Source: an uncultured Acetobacteraceae bacterium (lineage in GTDB: Bacteria; Pseudomonadota; Alphaproteobacteria; Acetobacterales; Acetobacteraceae). Taken from it: DNA of 64,000 bases. The notes under the pieces were generated by a model. The model was not told the DNA's origin. It saw nothing but the letters and a program-made list of their open reading frames with translations, and made no database searches. The translations under genes were made by a program, and so were the position numbers. The DNA is taken from the NCBI GenBank assembly GCA_964242115.1, contig CAXSZX010000001.1:634020-698019 (forward strand), written 5' to 3'. This document shows, one piece after another, positions 19,450 through 29,492 of the stretch. How positions within the stretch are numbered: the first letter of the stretch is position 1; every line of letters starts with the position of its first letter.

Positions 19450-19734
19450 ATGACGGACATCATACGCCTGCCCGCCACGCGCGAGGACACGCTCTGGGCG
19501 GTCGTCGCCTCGCTGGGCAAGACCGAGCGCATCGCCGACATCTATCCTAACCGCACCGCCGCCCTGGCCGATCGGACGTGGCGAGAGCAGCAGGTGAGTG
19601 CCTACGCCGCTTTTCTGCGCGGCAGCCGCCAGCCAGTGCCGCGCTACAGCGTGGCGCCGATCCGCCGGGCAGACCTTCCCAAGGCTTGGCAGCCGCTGCC
19701 GGCTTTGGGGTTCTTGCGTGGGCAGTTCATCTAG
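19450..19734 (+). CDS. Hypothetical small protein (94 aa)
   Basis: ORF from ATG 19450. No family recognised. Confidence 0.4.
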   Translation: MTDIIRLPATREDTLWAVVASLGKTERIADIYPNRTAALADRTWREQQVSAYAAFLRGSRQPVPRYSVAPIRRADLPKAWQPLPALGFLRGQFI

Positions 19735-19751
19735 CGGCGGGGGCGCTTTTA

Positions 19752-19908
19752 GGCAGGAAGCAAGGCCTGCTTTGTTCAAAAAAGAGCAGCAAAAAACTTT
19801 TGGCCCGGCTGTCGTGGAATTTCCTGCAGCGCCCGGAGCGTAGGAACGCGCGTCGGAGGACCGCCGGGGCGACCTTTTCGATCGGACACGCGACATAACC
19901 GCTTGCCT
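19752..19908. repeat. MITE/REP-like element, copy R10 (CTGC/GCAG stem variant, degenerate right arm)
   Basis: Seen directly in sequence. Confidence 0.65.
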
Positions 19909-19987
19909 TCTACCCCGGCCGGTCAAGATCTTGGGCAAACAGACCGCGCCCTGTTCGGCGCCCACGCGGCACAGAAGGACGCGCGAC

Positions 19988-20530
19988 ATGGCGTATCTTG
20001 GCGAAGCTCCCCTTGCTGACCCGTCCGTCGCCCAGAGCCCGGCCAGGCAGCGTGCAACGCTCGCTCCGGCGCCGGGCCGGCTATTGCTGCTTGCAGTCGT
20101 GATGGTCGGTGCGGTGACCGGCCTGGTGATCACCAACGAGGCGGCTGCGCACCTGGCGATCGGGCAGGCCGGCCCGGACCTCACCCGCCTTCTACGCGCG
20201 ATGGCCGGCATGAAGGCGCTCGCAGCCGCCGGCCTGGTGGCTGCGGTGCTTTGGCGCTTGGCTGCGCCGGTGAGTTGGACGTGGCTGACAGGGTATGCGT
20301 TGGCATGCGGCGCCATCGCAGCCGGCCCCGGCCTGATCTGGGACATGGTGCACCTGAGGCTGGGCGCGCTGCTGCTGCATGGCGGGCTACTGGCGACGGT
20401 GTTGCTGCTGTGGCGCGATAGGGCCATGCACGTGCGGCTGGAACAGGCTGTCGCACGCCGACGGGCGGTGTTGAAGGCCCGGCCAGGGGGCTCTGCCTCC
20501 TGGACCCCCGCAAAGGAAAGTCGTCCTTAG
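19988..20530 (+). CDS. Hypothetical membrane protein
   Basis: Several hydrophobic segments. The C-terminal ~15 aa are encoded by family-2 element copy 2. Confidence 0.45.
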   Translation: MAYLGEAPLADPSVAQSPARQRATLAPAPGRLLLLAVVMVGAVTGLVITNEAAAHLAIGQAGPDLTRLLRAMAGMKALAAAGLVAAVLWRLAAPVSWTWLTGYALACGAIAAGPGLIWDMVHLRLGALLLHGGLLATVLLLWRDRAMHVRLEQAVARRRAVLKARPGGSASWTPAKESRP

Positions 20531-20572
20531 AACCTGTTTGTTTAAGCGGTCTTCAGAGAGGAGCGCACGCGC
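20479..20572 (+). repeat. Family-2 conserved element, copy 2
   Basis: Aligns to 10091..10184. Sits about 75 bp upstream of ffs. Confidence 0.6.
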
Positions 20573-20644
20573 TAGCGTGCTTCGCACGACGCCCCTGGCC
20601 TTGCCTTCCCCTTGCACCCGCGCCCGCGTCGGCTGATATTCCCG

Positions 20645-20748
20645 CCGGGAGGTCAGCGGCGGACGGGCGCCCTGCCAACCCGGTCAGGTCCGGAAGGAAG
20701 CAGCCGCAGTGGGTCAACGCACGGGTCGTTTGTTGGCCTCCCACCCAA
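20645..20748 (+). ncRNA. ffs: Signal recognition particle RNA (4.5S/SRP RNA)
   Basis: Contains the domain IV consensus GGTCAGGTCCGGAAGGAAGCAGCC. Terminal helix GGGAGG/CCTCCC. Positioned immediately upstream of dnaX as in many bacteria. Ends are approximate. Confidence 0.75.
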
Positions 20749-20789
20749 GACCAAGCCGCGTTGGCGGAGAGAGGGGCCTGCCAGCGCTC

Positions 20790-22946
20790 ATGTCTGACGA
20801 CCTGGACCAGGACCTGTTGCCGCCGCCGGTGCCCGAAGGGCCTGGCCTGTTCGGCGACCCGGCCCCGGCCAGCCCACTCCCGGCACCCGCCTCCGCCTCG
20901 CCCGCCGCACCCGTCGAGGCCGCGCCCTACCGCGTGCTGGCCCGCAAGTATCGCCCCACCACGTTCGACGACCTGATCGGCCAGGACGCGATGGTGCGCA
21001 TCCTGCGCAACGCCTTCGCGCTGAACCGCATCGCCCACGCTTTCATGCTCACCGGCGTGCGCGGCGTGGGCAAGACCACCACCGCCCGCATCATCGCCCG
21101 CGCGCTGAACTGCGTGGGGCCGGACGGAAAAGGCGGTCCCACGCCGGACCCGTGCGGCGTCTGCGACAATTGCCGCGGCATCCTCGCCGACCGCCACCCT
21201 GACGTGGTGGAGATGGACGCCGCCTCGCGCACCGGCGTGGACGATGTTCGCGAGATCATCGACGCCACCCGCTTCCGCCCCATGCAGGCGCGCACCAAGG
21301 TGTTCATCGTGGACGAGGTCCACATGCTCTCGCGCAACGCCTTTAACGCGTTGCTAAAGACGCTGGAGGAACCGCCGCCGCACGTGAAATTCGTCTTCGC
21401 GACCACTGAGATACGCAAGGTGCCAGTGACCGTGCTGTCGCGCTGCCAGCGCTTCGACCTGCGCCGCATCCCGCTCGCCATGCTGGCCACGCACTACGCC
21501 AGGATTGCCGTCGCCGAGCAGGTTTCCATCGAGCCGGAAGCGCTGGCCGCCATCGCGCGCGCTGCCGACGGTTCGGTGCGCGACGGGCTGAGCCTGCTGG
21601 ACCAGGCGATCGCGCAAGGCGCGGGTTCGCAAAGCGTGGCTGCGCAGGGTGCCGGCGTGGACGGCGGAGGCTTGCAGGACGGGGCCGCGCAGGGCGCGGG
21701 TGCCGGCGGCACAATCTCCGTCGCTGCGGTGGCCGACATGCTGGGCATCGCCGACCGCGGCGTGGTGTTCAACCTGATGGAGGCCGCCATGGCCGGCCGT
21801 GCCGCGGACGTGCTGGCGATCACCGACCGCGCCTACGCGCTGGGTGCCGATTTGGGCGTGCTGCTGGGCGACCTGCTGGAGCTGACCCACACGCTCTCCC
21901 GCCTGAAGACCGTGCCGGAGCTGCGCCGGTCGCAGGACCTGCCCGAGGTCGAGCGGGTGCGCGGCGGCGCGCTGGCGGACAAGCTGTCCGTCCCGGTGCT
22001 GGCGCGTGCCTGGCAGATGCTGCTGAAGGGTGCGGCCGAGGTGGAGCAGTCGCCGGACCGCCGCGCGGCGGCCGAGATGGTGCTGATCCGGCTGTGTCAC
22101 GTGGCCGACCTGCCCACGCCAGGCGAGCTGGTGCGCAAGCTGCAAGCCCAGCCGCAGGGCGGGGCGGGCTCCGCCGCGTTGGCTGCCGCCGGCAGCGACG
22201 GCACGCCGGCGATGGCGGGCGGCGGTGGATCGCGCGCGGCGGCGGGCGGTCACGGCATGATGACCGCCGGGCCGGCTTCACAGGATAGGCAAGCCGGCAC
22301 TTCGGCGCCGAACGGGCCGGTCCTGCAGGCGCGGCAGGCGATGCAGCCGGGCTACGCGGCGCAGGCGGCCCTGGCAGCCCAGCCGGGATTTGCGGTGCAG
22401 GCGGATACGGTGACGGACCCCGCCCCGGCGCCGCGCCTGGCCACGTTCCGCGACGTGCTGAGCATCGCCGCCGCCGAGCGCGAGGTGGTGCTGCACGGCC
22501 ACCTCCTGCACTCGGTCCACCTGGTCCGCTGGGCGCCGCCGGTGATCGAGCTCCGGCCGCACGCCGACGCGCCGCGCGACCTGGCGCCCAAGCTGGGCGC
22601 CCTGCTGCAGCGCACGACCGGCACCCGCTGGACGATCGCCATCAGCACGCAAGCCGGCGAGCCCACGCTGGCCGAGCAGGGCAGCGCCGCCGACCAGGCG
22701 CGCCACGCCAGCGCCGCCGATCACCCGCTGGTGCGCGCCATCATGGACGCCTTTCCCGGCGCCAGGATCGAGGCGGTGCGCGATCCGGACTCCGACGCCT
22801 ACGGCCTGCCGATGCAGGCGCCATCCCCCCTGGGCGAGACCGCCACCCAGGGCTACACCGACGACGACGAGCTGGTCGAACCGCCAGAGCTGATGGATGC
22901 ACCGATCGAGATGGAGCCGCGTTTCCTCGTAGAGACGCAGCGGTGA
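20790..22946 (+). CDS. dnaX: DNA polymerase III subunit tau/gamma
   Basis: [33 protein letters not shown], and an alpha-type zinc module CGVCDNC. The start is taken at MSDDLDQ because the track ORF start at 20709 overlaps ffs. Confidence 0.9.
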   Translation: MSDDLDQDLLPPPVPEGPGLFGDPAPASPLPAPASASPAAPVEAAPYRVLARKYRPTTFDDLIGQDAMVRILRNAFALNRIAHAFMLTGVRGVGKTTTARIIARALNCVGPDGKGGPTPDPCGVCDNCRGILADRHPDVVEMDAASRTGVDDVREIIDATRFRPMQARTKVFIVDEVHMLSRNAFNALLKTLEEPPPHVKFVFATTEIRKVPVTVLSRCQRFDLRRIPLAMLATHYARIAVAEQVSIEPEALAAIARAADGSVRDGLSLLDQAIAQGAGSQSVAAQGAGVDGGGLQDGAAQGAGAGGTISVAAVADMLGIADRGVVFNLMEAAMAGRAADVLAITDRAYALGADLGVLLGDLLELTHTLSRLKTVPELRRSQDLPEVERVRGGALADKLSVPVLARAWQMLLKGAAEVEQSPDRRAAAEMVLIRLCHVADLPTPGELVRKLQAQPQGGAGSAALAAAGSDGTPAMAGGGGSRAAAGGHGMMTAGPASQDRQAGTSAPNGPVLQARQAMQPGYAAQAALAAQPGFAVQADTVTDPAPAPRLATFRDVLSIAAAEREVVLHGHLLHSVHLVRWAPPVIELRPHADAPRDLAPKLGALLQRTTGTRWTIAISTQAGEPTLAEQGSAADQARHASAADHPLVRAIMDAFPGARIEAVRDPDSDAYGLPMQAPSPLGETATQGYTDDDELVEPPELMDAPIEMEPRFLVETQR

Positions 22947-22959
22947 GGGAGCCCACACG

Positions 22960-23283
22960 ATGAAGAACATGGCCGACATGATGAAGAAGGCCTCGCAGAT
23001 GCAGGCCCGCATGGCCGAGATGCAGGCCAAGGTGGAGGCGATGGAGGTCTCCGGCGAGGCGGGCGCCGGCATGGTGAAGGTCACGCTGGCCGGCAAGGGC
23101 GAGATGCGCCGGGTGCAGATCGACCCCAAGCTGATCGACCCCGCGGAAGCTGAGATGCTGGAGGACCTGATCGTCTCCGCCCATACCGACGCGCGCCGCA
23201 AGCTCGAAGCGATGATGTCCGAGGAGATGGCCAAGGTGACGGGCGGCCTGGAACTACCGGCTGGACTGAAGCTGCCGTTCTGA
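22960..23283 (+). CDS. ybaB: Nucleoid-associated protein YbaB/EbfC
   Basis: 107 aa ([15 protein letters not shown]...) located after dnaX. Confidence 0.85.
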   Translation: MKNMADMMKKASQMQARMAEMQAKVEAMEVSGEAGAGMVKVTLAGKGEMRRVQIDPKLIDPAEAEMLEDLIVSAHTDARRKLEAMMSEEMAKVTGGLELPAGLKLPF

Positions 23284-23416
23284 ACGTTGAAGAAACTTCA
23301 GCGCGCTGAACGTCAGTAGGTAACCAAGAAGGAGACGGAGAGACCTACAAATCTGGCAGCCAGCGGTTCTGGCGCTATCTTACTACGGGCGCCCCGGACG
23401 CTGGAGTAAGACAAGC

Positions 23417-23737
23417 AAAGCAAGCAGTTCTTTTTTGAAAAAAAGAACCAAAAAACTTTTGTCTCTTAAAGAGTCGTCGACGGAGAGGCCGCGACAGCAT
23501 CAACGAATTCTGTTTGCGACCACTTCAAAAGAGAGAAGCCGTTTCCACAGAGTCCAACGTATTAGGACCTGTACCGCGAACTGTTCTTCGTGCTTTCGTG
23601 GTTTCCTTTCCTCTAATGCCAGACCAAGCTCAACCACGACACGCCGCAGGCTGAAGCACCAAGCCGCCCCACCCCGCGACAGCCTCCCGAAATTTTTCTG
23701 CTTCTTCTTAAAAAGAAGAGTCCTTGCTTACGTCAGG
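23417..23737. repeat. Long/composite MITE-like element R11: arm+core, ~180 bp lower-GC interior, core+arm
   Basis: Canonical left arm at 23417-23460. CGCGACAG cores at ~23490 and ~23683. Lies between ybaB and recR. Confidence 0.6.
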
Positions 23738-23751
23738 AACGTTCCCCACCC

Positions 23752-24339
23752 ATGGGCGGCCCAGAGCTAGACGCTCTCATCCAGATGTTCGCCCGTATGC
23801 CAGGCCTCGGCCAGCGCAGCGCCCGCCGTCTCGTGCTGAAACTCCTGCAATCCCCCGAAGCCCGCATGCTCCCGCTCGCCCGCGCGCTGGACGCAGCCGC
23901 GCGCGCGGTGCGCAACTGCAGCCAGTGCGGCAACCTCGATAGCACCGACCCTTGCAGCATCTGTGCGGACCCCGAGCGCGACCGCAGCATGGTGTGCGTG
24001 GTCGAAACGGTCGGCGACCTCTGGGCGCTGGAACGCTCCCGCGTGTACCAGGGCCTCTACCACGTGCTCGGCGGCACGCTGTCCGCGCTGTCCGGCACCG
24101 GACCGGATGACCTCAACCTGGCCCCGCTGCTGGCACGTCTGGCGGAGAGCAACGTGGGCGAGGTGATCCTGGCACTGAGCGCCACGGTGGACGGCGCGGC
24201 CACCTCGCACTGGCTCACCGATCGCCTGGCCGCCAGCCGCGTGCGCGTCACCCGCGTGGCCCAAGGCGTGCCGATCGGCGGCGCGCTGGACGTGCTGGAC
24301 GACGGCACGCTGGCAACCGCGCTGCGCGCCCGGCGCTGA
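23752..24339 (+). CDS. recR: Recombination protein RecR
   Basis: C4 zinc finger CSQCGN...CSIC and a Toprim region. Confidence 0.85.
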   Translation: MGGPELDALIQMFARMPGLGQRSARRLVLKLLQSPEARMLPLARALDAAARAVRNCSQCGNLDSTDPCSICADPERDRSMVCVVETVGDLWALERSRVYQGLYHVLGGTLSALSGTGPDDLNLAPLLARLAESNVGEVILALSATVDGAATSHWLTDRLAASRVRVTRVAQGVPIGGALDVLDDGTLATALRARR

Positions 24340-24346
24340 ACCCGGC

Positions 24347-25231
24347 ATGACCATCGAGCTCGCTTCCGGCGACCTGCGCCTGGTGCTGGATCCGGACACC
24401 GGCGGCGCCATCGCCGCCTTCACGCACGGGCGCACAGTGTTGCTGCGCCCAGTCAGCGACGCCCGCCTGCGCGCCCAGCACGGACGCGCGGTGGCCGGCT
24501 ACCCGCTGATCCCGTTCGCCAACCGGCTGGGCTTCGGGCGGTTCAGCTTCGGCGGCCAGTCCTTCCAGTTGGCGCCCAACTTCGGCGACGAGCCGCACAC
24601 CATACACGGCAACGCCTGGATGCACGCCTGGACGGTCACGCATTCCGGCCCGCAAAGCGCGTCGCTGGCGCTCGAATTTTCGCCGCAAGGCGGGCTGGCG
24701 ACAGAATGGCCGTTCGCCTACCGCGCCGAGCAGGTTTTCGAACTTGCCTCGAACGCACTGCAGATCACGTTACGCCTGCACAACACCGACACGCGTCCGG
24801 CACCGGTTGGCCTTGGCCTGCACCCCTACGTTGCGCGCGAGGACGGCAGCACGCTGCGCTTCGAGGCCGACAGTTTCTGGACTACCGACAAGAACGGCCT
24901 GCCGGCAGACCGCGAGGCCGCCTACGGACGCTGGGAGTTCGACGACGGCCACGTCCTCACTCAGGAGGTGATCGACACCTGTTACGCCGGCTGGGGCGGC
25001 ACCGCGGCGCTGAGCCTGCCGCAGAGCGGGCTGACCCTGACGCTGGAGTCCGGGCCGCCTATGGACCACCTGCAACTCTATACGCCGGCGGGCAAAGACT
25101 ACGTCGGGCTGGAACCGGTCAGCAACATGCCCGACGCGGTGAACCGGATGGACGACGTGTCGGACAACGGCCTGGTGGTCTTGCAACCTGGGGGTTCACT
25201 GGTGTCTGCGTTGCGCATCGTGGTCGACTGA
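24347..25231 (+). CDS. Aldose 1-epimerase family protein
   Basis: 294 aa with conserved HGNAW and GLHPY motifs. Confidence 0.7.
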   Translation: MTIELASGDLRLVLDPDTGGAIAAFTHGRTVLLRPVSDARLRAQHGRAVAGYPLIPFANRLGFGRFSFGGQSFQLAPNFGDEPHTIHGNAWMHAWTVTHSGPQSASLALEFSPQGGLATEWPFAYRAEQVFELASNALQITLRLHNTDTRPAPVGLGLHPYVAREDGSTLRFEADSFWTTDKNGLPADREAAYGRWEFDDGHVLTQEVIDTCYAGWGGTAALSLPQSGLTLTLESGPPMDHLQLYTPAGKDYVGLEPVSNMPDAVNRMDDVSDNGLVVLQPGGSLVSALRIVVD

Positions 25232-25235
25232 GACG

Positions 25236-25372
25236 GCAAGGAAGCAAGGCTTCTGTTCGAGAAAAGGAAGCAAAAAGCTTTTGTCTCGGCTGTCGCGGGA
25301 CACTCCGGCAGCGCGGACTCAAGTGACAAAAGTTTTTTGGTTCTTTTTTTCAACAAAGAACTGCTTGCCTTT
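25236..25372. repeat. MITE/REP-like element, copy R12
   Basis: Lies between the epimerase stop and the pyrF 3-prime end. Confidence 0.85.
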
Positions 25373-26062
25373 CTCCATCTCCGCCAAAATCGCCTCAACC
25401 ATCAACGCCCTATGTTCCGCCTGCAGGATGGGCCGTCCCACCACCAGATAGTCCGCCCCGTTGCCGATCGCCGTCGCCGGATCCGCGCTGCGCCGATGGT
25501 CGTCCAGGCGTCCGTCCGTCATGCGCACGCCTGGCGTCACCACCAGCAACTCGCCTGCGCCGGACGCCGCGCGCAGTCTGTCCGGGTTGTCGTGCGCGGA
25601 GGCAACGATGCCGTCGCAACCGCACTCCATGGCCGTGCGCACGCGCTGCGCGATCAGTTCGTCCACACCGAGCCGGTAGCCCATCTCCGCGAGCGCCTGG
25701 TCGTCGAGGCTGGTGAGCACGGTGATGGCCAGCAGCTTCAGCGTGCCGTTGCCGCGGCCCTGCACGGCGGCGCGGATGATGGCGGCGTCGCCGTGCACGG
25801 TGGCGAACGTGATGCCGCGGTTGGCGGCGGACTGGATGCCGCGTTTCACCGTCTCGCCGATGTCGTACATCTTGTAATCGAGGAACACCTGCTTGCCGGC
25901 AGCTACCAAGTCGTCGATCAGCGTGTCGGTGCCGGGCTGAAACAGCAGCCACATGCCAATCTTGTAGAAGGTGACGACACCGTCGAGCTCGGCGACGAGC
26001 GCGCGCGCCTCGGCGACGGTGGGGACGTCGAGTGCCAGGATAAGGCGGTCGCGCATCTGGAG
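25319..26062 (-). CDS. pyrF: Orotidine 5-prime-phosphate decarboxylase
   Basis: ILALDV, FLDYKMYDIGETV and VGRPI motifs. The last ~17 codons (KQFFVEKKNQKTFVT) and the stop are encoded by repeat R12. Confidence 0.8.
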   Translation of the reverse strand, partial: LQMRDRLILALDVPTVAEARALVAELDGVVTFYKIGMWLLFQPGTDTLIDDLVAAGKQVFLDYKMYDIGETVKRGIQSAANRGITFATVHGDAAIIRAAVQGRGNGTLKLLAITVLTSLDDQALAEMGYRLGVDELIAQRVRTAMECGCDGIVASAHDNPDRLRAASGAGELLVVTPGVRMTDGRLDDHRRSADPATAIGNGADYLVVGRPILQAEHRALMVEAILAEMEKGKQFFVEKKNQKTFVT

Positions 26063-26138
26063 GTCGGGTGGCGACACGGGCTGTTCCGTCGCGGCAAGGG
26101 CTGGCTTGAATAGCGGAGCGCGTAGCTGGAGGCAACGT

Positions 26139-26265
26139 GAAGCAAGCAGTTCACTGCCTGAAAAAAAACCAAGAACTTTCCGATCCCTGAGTACACGCTG
26201 CAGGAAACTCCGCGACAGCCGTAGCAAAAGCTTTTTGCTGCTTCTCAAAAAAGCAGGCCTTCCTT
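26139..26265. repeat. MITE/REP-like element, copy R13 (degenerate left arm)
   Basis: Its terminal TTA gives the TAA stop of the methyltransferase. Confidence 0.7.
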
Positions 26266-28126
26266 ACGCCCCCAACCGCGCCCGCAAATCCTCCGGCATC
26301 CGCTCAAGCGGCGCCCCTCGCAACAGCTCAGTCGCATGCGCGTGCCGCGCAAGCCGGTCCGCCGCGACGCACTCCCCGCGCAAGGCGGCCCACCACAGCG
26401 GTGAAGGCGTAGCGCCCTCCCGTGCCGCAGCGAAACGGGCGATCGCCGTCTCCTCCGCGCCAGGCGTGTCCAGCGCCAGCATGCCAAGGCAGAACACCGT
26501 GTCGCGCGCCGCTCCCGAGGCGTCCGGTTGCTGAAGTGCCGCCTCGTTCAGGTCCCAGCGCGCCCGCAGCAGCGCCGCAGGCTGCATCGCTCCGGCGTTG
26601 ACAAGGCCGACGAAGCTGCGCCTGGCGAGTGCGGTGGCCGCGGCCGGGTCTGCGGCGATCGCGCGGGCCAGCGTGTCGAGCGCGTCAGGCGCGTCCTGGT
26701 CGGCGTGCAGGGCAGCCAGCGCAGCGGTCGCGGCACGCTCCACCTGCACGGCCGCCAGGTCGCCGGCGCCTAGCGGCAGCAGGCACGCCACCAGCACGGC
26801 GGCGGCGTCCGCGGCCTGGCGCAGCAGCGGCGCCACGTCAGTCAGGCTGTCCCCACCATGCAGACGATCCAGCGCCCGCGCGTAGAGCAGGCCCGGCAGC
26901 GCCAACGGCACCACCGCTGCGAGCGCCTGCAGGCCAGGCTGCTGCGAGACACCCGCCAGCAAGCCGGGCAGGTCAGCCGTGTCCTCCAGGTCGAAGCCAT
27001 ACCTGGCGCGGCAGGCCGGCTGCAGGGCGGCCAGCGTGGTGGCGGCCGCGGGCGCGTCGTCGTCGGCCACCGCCTCCTGATAGGCGCGGGACGCAAAACC
27101 CCACCAGAGCGAGTTGCCGGTCGATAGGCTCTCCTCCCGCCCTGCCACCGAAGCGCTCGCCCCCCGCGCTCCCGGCGAAGCGCTCTCCCCCCGCGCTCCC
27201 GGCGAAGCGCTCTCCTCCCGCGCTCCCGGCGCGAGGCCCTCGGCCCGCGCGCCCAGGTAGCCCCGGTAAGCGCGCCGTAGGGCCGCCTGGTCCTGCTCCA
27301 GGCTGAATGGCACCCGCGACGCGTAGGCCACCAGCTGCGCGCCGTCTGCGGTCACCTCCGCTTGGCCGAACCCGGCCGCTTCCAGTAGCCGGCGCAGGCT
27401 GTCCTGCGTCTGCAAGGTGAGGTGCGCGCCGGCCGAGACGATCGGCACCAGCTCGGCCAACGGCACGTCCGGCCGCAGCATCGCGCGGTCCGGCGTGGTC
27501 AGCACCAGCAGGCCGGCCGGCGCCAGGCCGCGCGCCAGGCCGGCGAGAAAGCCGCGCGGGTCGTCCACGTGCTCCAGCACCTCGCTGGCCATGATGCAGT
27601 CGGCACCGCCCTGCACCGAGGGGTCGTCCTGCGCGCCCTCCCCGAAGAAGCGGCTCTCGATCGGCAGGCCGAGCAGCGCGCGGCCGGACGCGGCCAGCGG
27701 CGAGGGGTCGATGCCCCGGCCGTGCCACCCACGCGCCCGGGTGGCGAAGTCGAGCCCGAAGCCGAAACCGCAGCCGATCTCAGTGTACGCCGCACCCTCC
27801 GGCAGCCTGACCCGCGCCAGGGTGCGCACGATCGGCCACAACCCGGCGCCCGCCTCCACGTAGAGCGCAGTACTGAGCGCGTCGCTGCCGCCCTGGCCCA
27901 GGCCGCCGGTCGTGTAGTCGTAGCCCGCAGCCGCCTCGGCAAAGGCGCAGCCGCAGGCGGGGCAGTCGAGCAGGCGCACCTGCATCGGCGCCTGGCCCGC
28001 CAGGCGTGCGTGCGCGGTCAGCAGCGCTGTCTTCGGGCCCGCCACACCGCAGCTGCGACACGCGAGGCTGGCGGCAGCCGCACCCGGCGGCGCCCACGCG
28101 ATCGTCACGCCGTGTGGCTCGTCCAT
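26264..28126 (-). CDS. Class I SAM-dependent methyltransferase with N-terminal Cys4 zinc ribbon and long C-terminal domain
   Basis: CRSC..CPAC, EIGCGFGFGLD and ASEVLEHVDDP motifs. Internal 9-aa tandem repeat ESASPGARG. Confidence 0.65.
   Translation of the reverse strand: MDEPHGVTIAWAPPGAAAASLACRSCGVAGPKTALLTAHARLAGQAPMQVRLLDCPACGCAFAEAAAGYDYTTGGLGQGGSDALSTALYVEAGAGLWPIVRTLARVRLPEGAAYTEIGCGFGFGLDFATRARGWHGRGIDPSPLAASGRALLGLPIESRFFGEGAQDDPSVQGGADCIMASEVLEHVDDPRGFLAGLARGLAPAGLLVLTTPDRAMLRPDVPLAELVPIVSAGAHLTLQTQDSLRRLLEAAGFGQAEVTADGAQLVAYASRVPFSLEQDQAALRRAYRGYLGARAEGLAPGAREESASPGARGESASPGARGASASVAGREESLSTGNSLWWGFASRAYQEAVADDDAPAAATTLAALQPACRARYGFDLEDTADLPGLLAGVSQQPGLQALAAVVPLALPGLLYARALDRLHGGDSLTDVAPLLRQAADAAAVLVACLLPLGAGDLAAVQVERAATAALAALHADQDAPDALDTLARAIAADPAAATALARRSFVGLVNAGAMQPAALLRARWDLNEAALQQPDASGAARDTVFCLGMLALDTPGAEETAIARFAAAREGATPSPLWWAALRGECVAADRLARHAHATELLRGAPLERMPEDLRARLGA
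27148..27230 (-). repeat. 27-bp tandem repeat x3 encoding ESASPGARG in the methyltransferase
   Basis: Seen directly in sequence; in-frame. Confidence 0.8.
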
Positions 28127-28181
28127 GCGGCGGGCTTCTCGCCAGCTGCGCCGGCCGTGTCAACGCGGGCAGCGAGGAGGC

Positions 28182-28333
28182 AGAAAGCAAGCGGTTCCTT
28201 TTTTGGAAAACGAACCAAAAACTTTCGCTTCCATCGGGTGCGCCGTGTGGAAGCGTGGTGTTTCAGCTTCCCGCACCAGTGAGAGCAAAAGCTTTTGCTT
28301 CTTTTTCTCGAAAAAGAAGGCCTTCGCTTGCTT
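28182..28333. repeat. MITE/REP-like element, copy R14 (GCTGAAAC subfamily)
   Basis: Seen directly in sequence. Confidence 0.75.
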
Positions 28334-28383
28334 TCCGCCCACGTGGACAACCCACACGCCCTGCGTTTAGTTCTGCCGCACGC

Positions 28384-29397
28384 ATGCGCCCCCACCGGAC
28401 AGCCCACCGCCGCGCGTTCCCGATCGGGCCGCGCTGGGTTCTGCGCCAGGCCTGGGCGTACGCCTCCTCGTGCCTCGTCCGCCTGGTTCCCCCGGTGCGC
28501 GCCGCCTTCGCCGGCGAGGACCCGCACGCCGGCAGCCCGCAGGCTGCAATCTACGTGTCCTACCACCGCTGGAGCCTGGTTGAGGACTACGTGGTGGCCC
28601 AGGTGGCCGCACTGGCCCAGGCCGGGCGCCGGGTCACCTTCATCTCCAACTCGCCCCAACTGCGCGCGGCCCACCTGGCCAGGCTGCGGCCCTACGTGCG
28701 CGAGGTGGTGCACCGGCACAATTTCGGCCACGATTTCGGCGCCTACAAGGACGGCATCACCCGGCTCGGCGACCTGGGCGGGCTCGCCAGCCTCGTTCTG
28801 ATGAACGATTCGTGTTACGGCCCGTTCGGCGGGCTCGCCCGGGTGGACGAAGCCGCCGCGGCCAGCGGTGTTGACGTGTTCGGCGTCACCGAGAGCTGGG
28901 ACATCCGCTACCACCTGCAGACCTACTACGTCTGGATCGGTGCGCAGGCGTTGCGCGCGCCTGCCTTTGCCGCGTTCTGGCGCCGGCTGCTGCCCAGCCA
29001 GCCGCGCAGCATGGTGATCGCCAACGGCGAGATCCGGCTGACCCAGGCGCTGCTGCGGGCGGGGCTGCGGGTAGGTGCGATGTGTCCCTACAGCGAGGCG
29101 GCGCAGCGGGCGCTTGCCGCCGCCCAAGCCCGCCTGGCCGACAGCGACGCCCTGCTGGCGGTGGAGCGTGACTACTTCGAGCGGCTGTCCGAGGCGATCA
29201 CCTCGGGCCAACCCCTCAACCCCACGCATTCGTTCTGGGACGTGCTGCTGGACGAGTGCGGCTCGCCCTTTCTCAAGCGCGAGCTGCTGCGGCGCAACCC
29301 GGTGCGCATCCCCGGCGTGGCGCAGTGGGAGAGGCGGCTGGCACCGCATCAGGGCGCCGACCTGGACGCCATACGCAACGACCTCAAGGTGAGCTGA
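28384..29397 (+). CDS. Rhamnan synthesis F (RgpF)-like polysaccharide glycosyltransferase
   Basis: LVLMNDSCYGPF motif. Start is uncertain; the ATG at 28384 is the first after repeat R14. Confidence 0.55.
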   Translation: MRPHRTAHRRAFPIGPRWVLRQAWAYASSCLVRLVPPVRAAFAGEDPHAGSPQAAIYVSYHRWSLVEDYVVAQVAALAQAGRRVTFISNSPQLRAAHLARLRPYVREVVHRHNFGHDFGAYKDGITRLGDLGGLASLVLMNDSCYGPFGGLARVDEAAAASGVDVFGVTESWDIRYHLQTYYVWIGAQALRAPAFAAFWRRLLPSQPRSMVIANGEIRLTQALLRAGLRVGAMCPYSEAAQRALAAAQARLADSDALLAVERDYFERLSEAITSGQPLNPTHSFWDVLLDECGSPFLKRELLRRNPVRIPGVAQWERRLAPHQGADLDAIRNDLKVS

Positions 29398-29492
29398 GCC
29401 GCAACTGACGCGGATTTGAGGCGCACGATGATTGTGAGCGCCTAATAGTTCCGGTAGTTCATCGACATCAACACGATGCGGGACCGGATGAC

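Noticed and set aside
20790-22946. Programmed -1 ribosomal frameshift site (A AAA AAG) in dnaX producing a gamma subunit
   Set aside because: I did not find the slippery heptamer plus downstream hairpin; alphaproteobacterial dnaX genes generally lack it.
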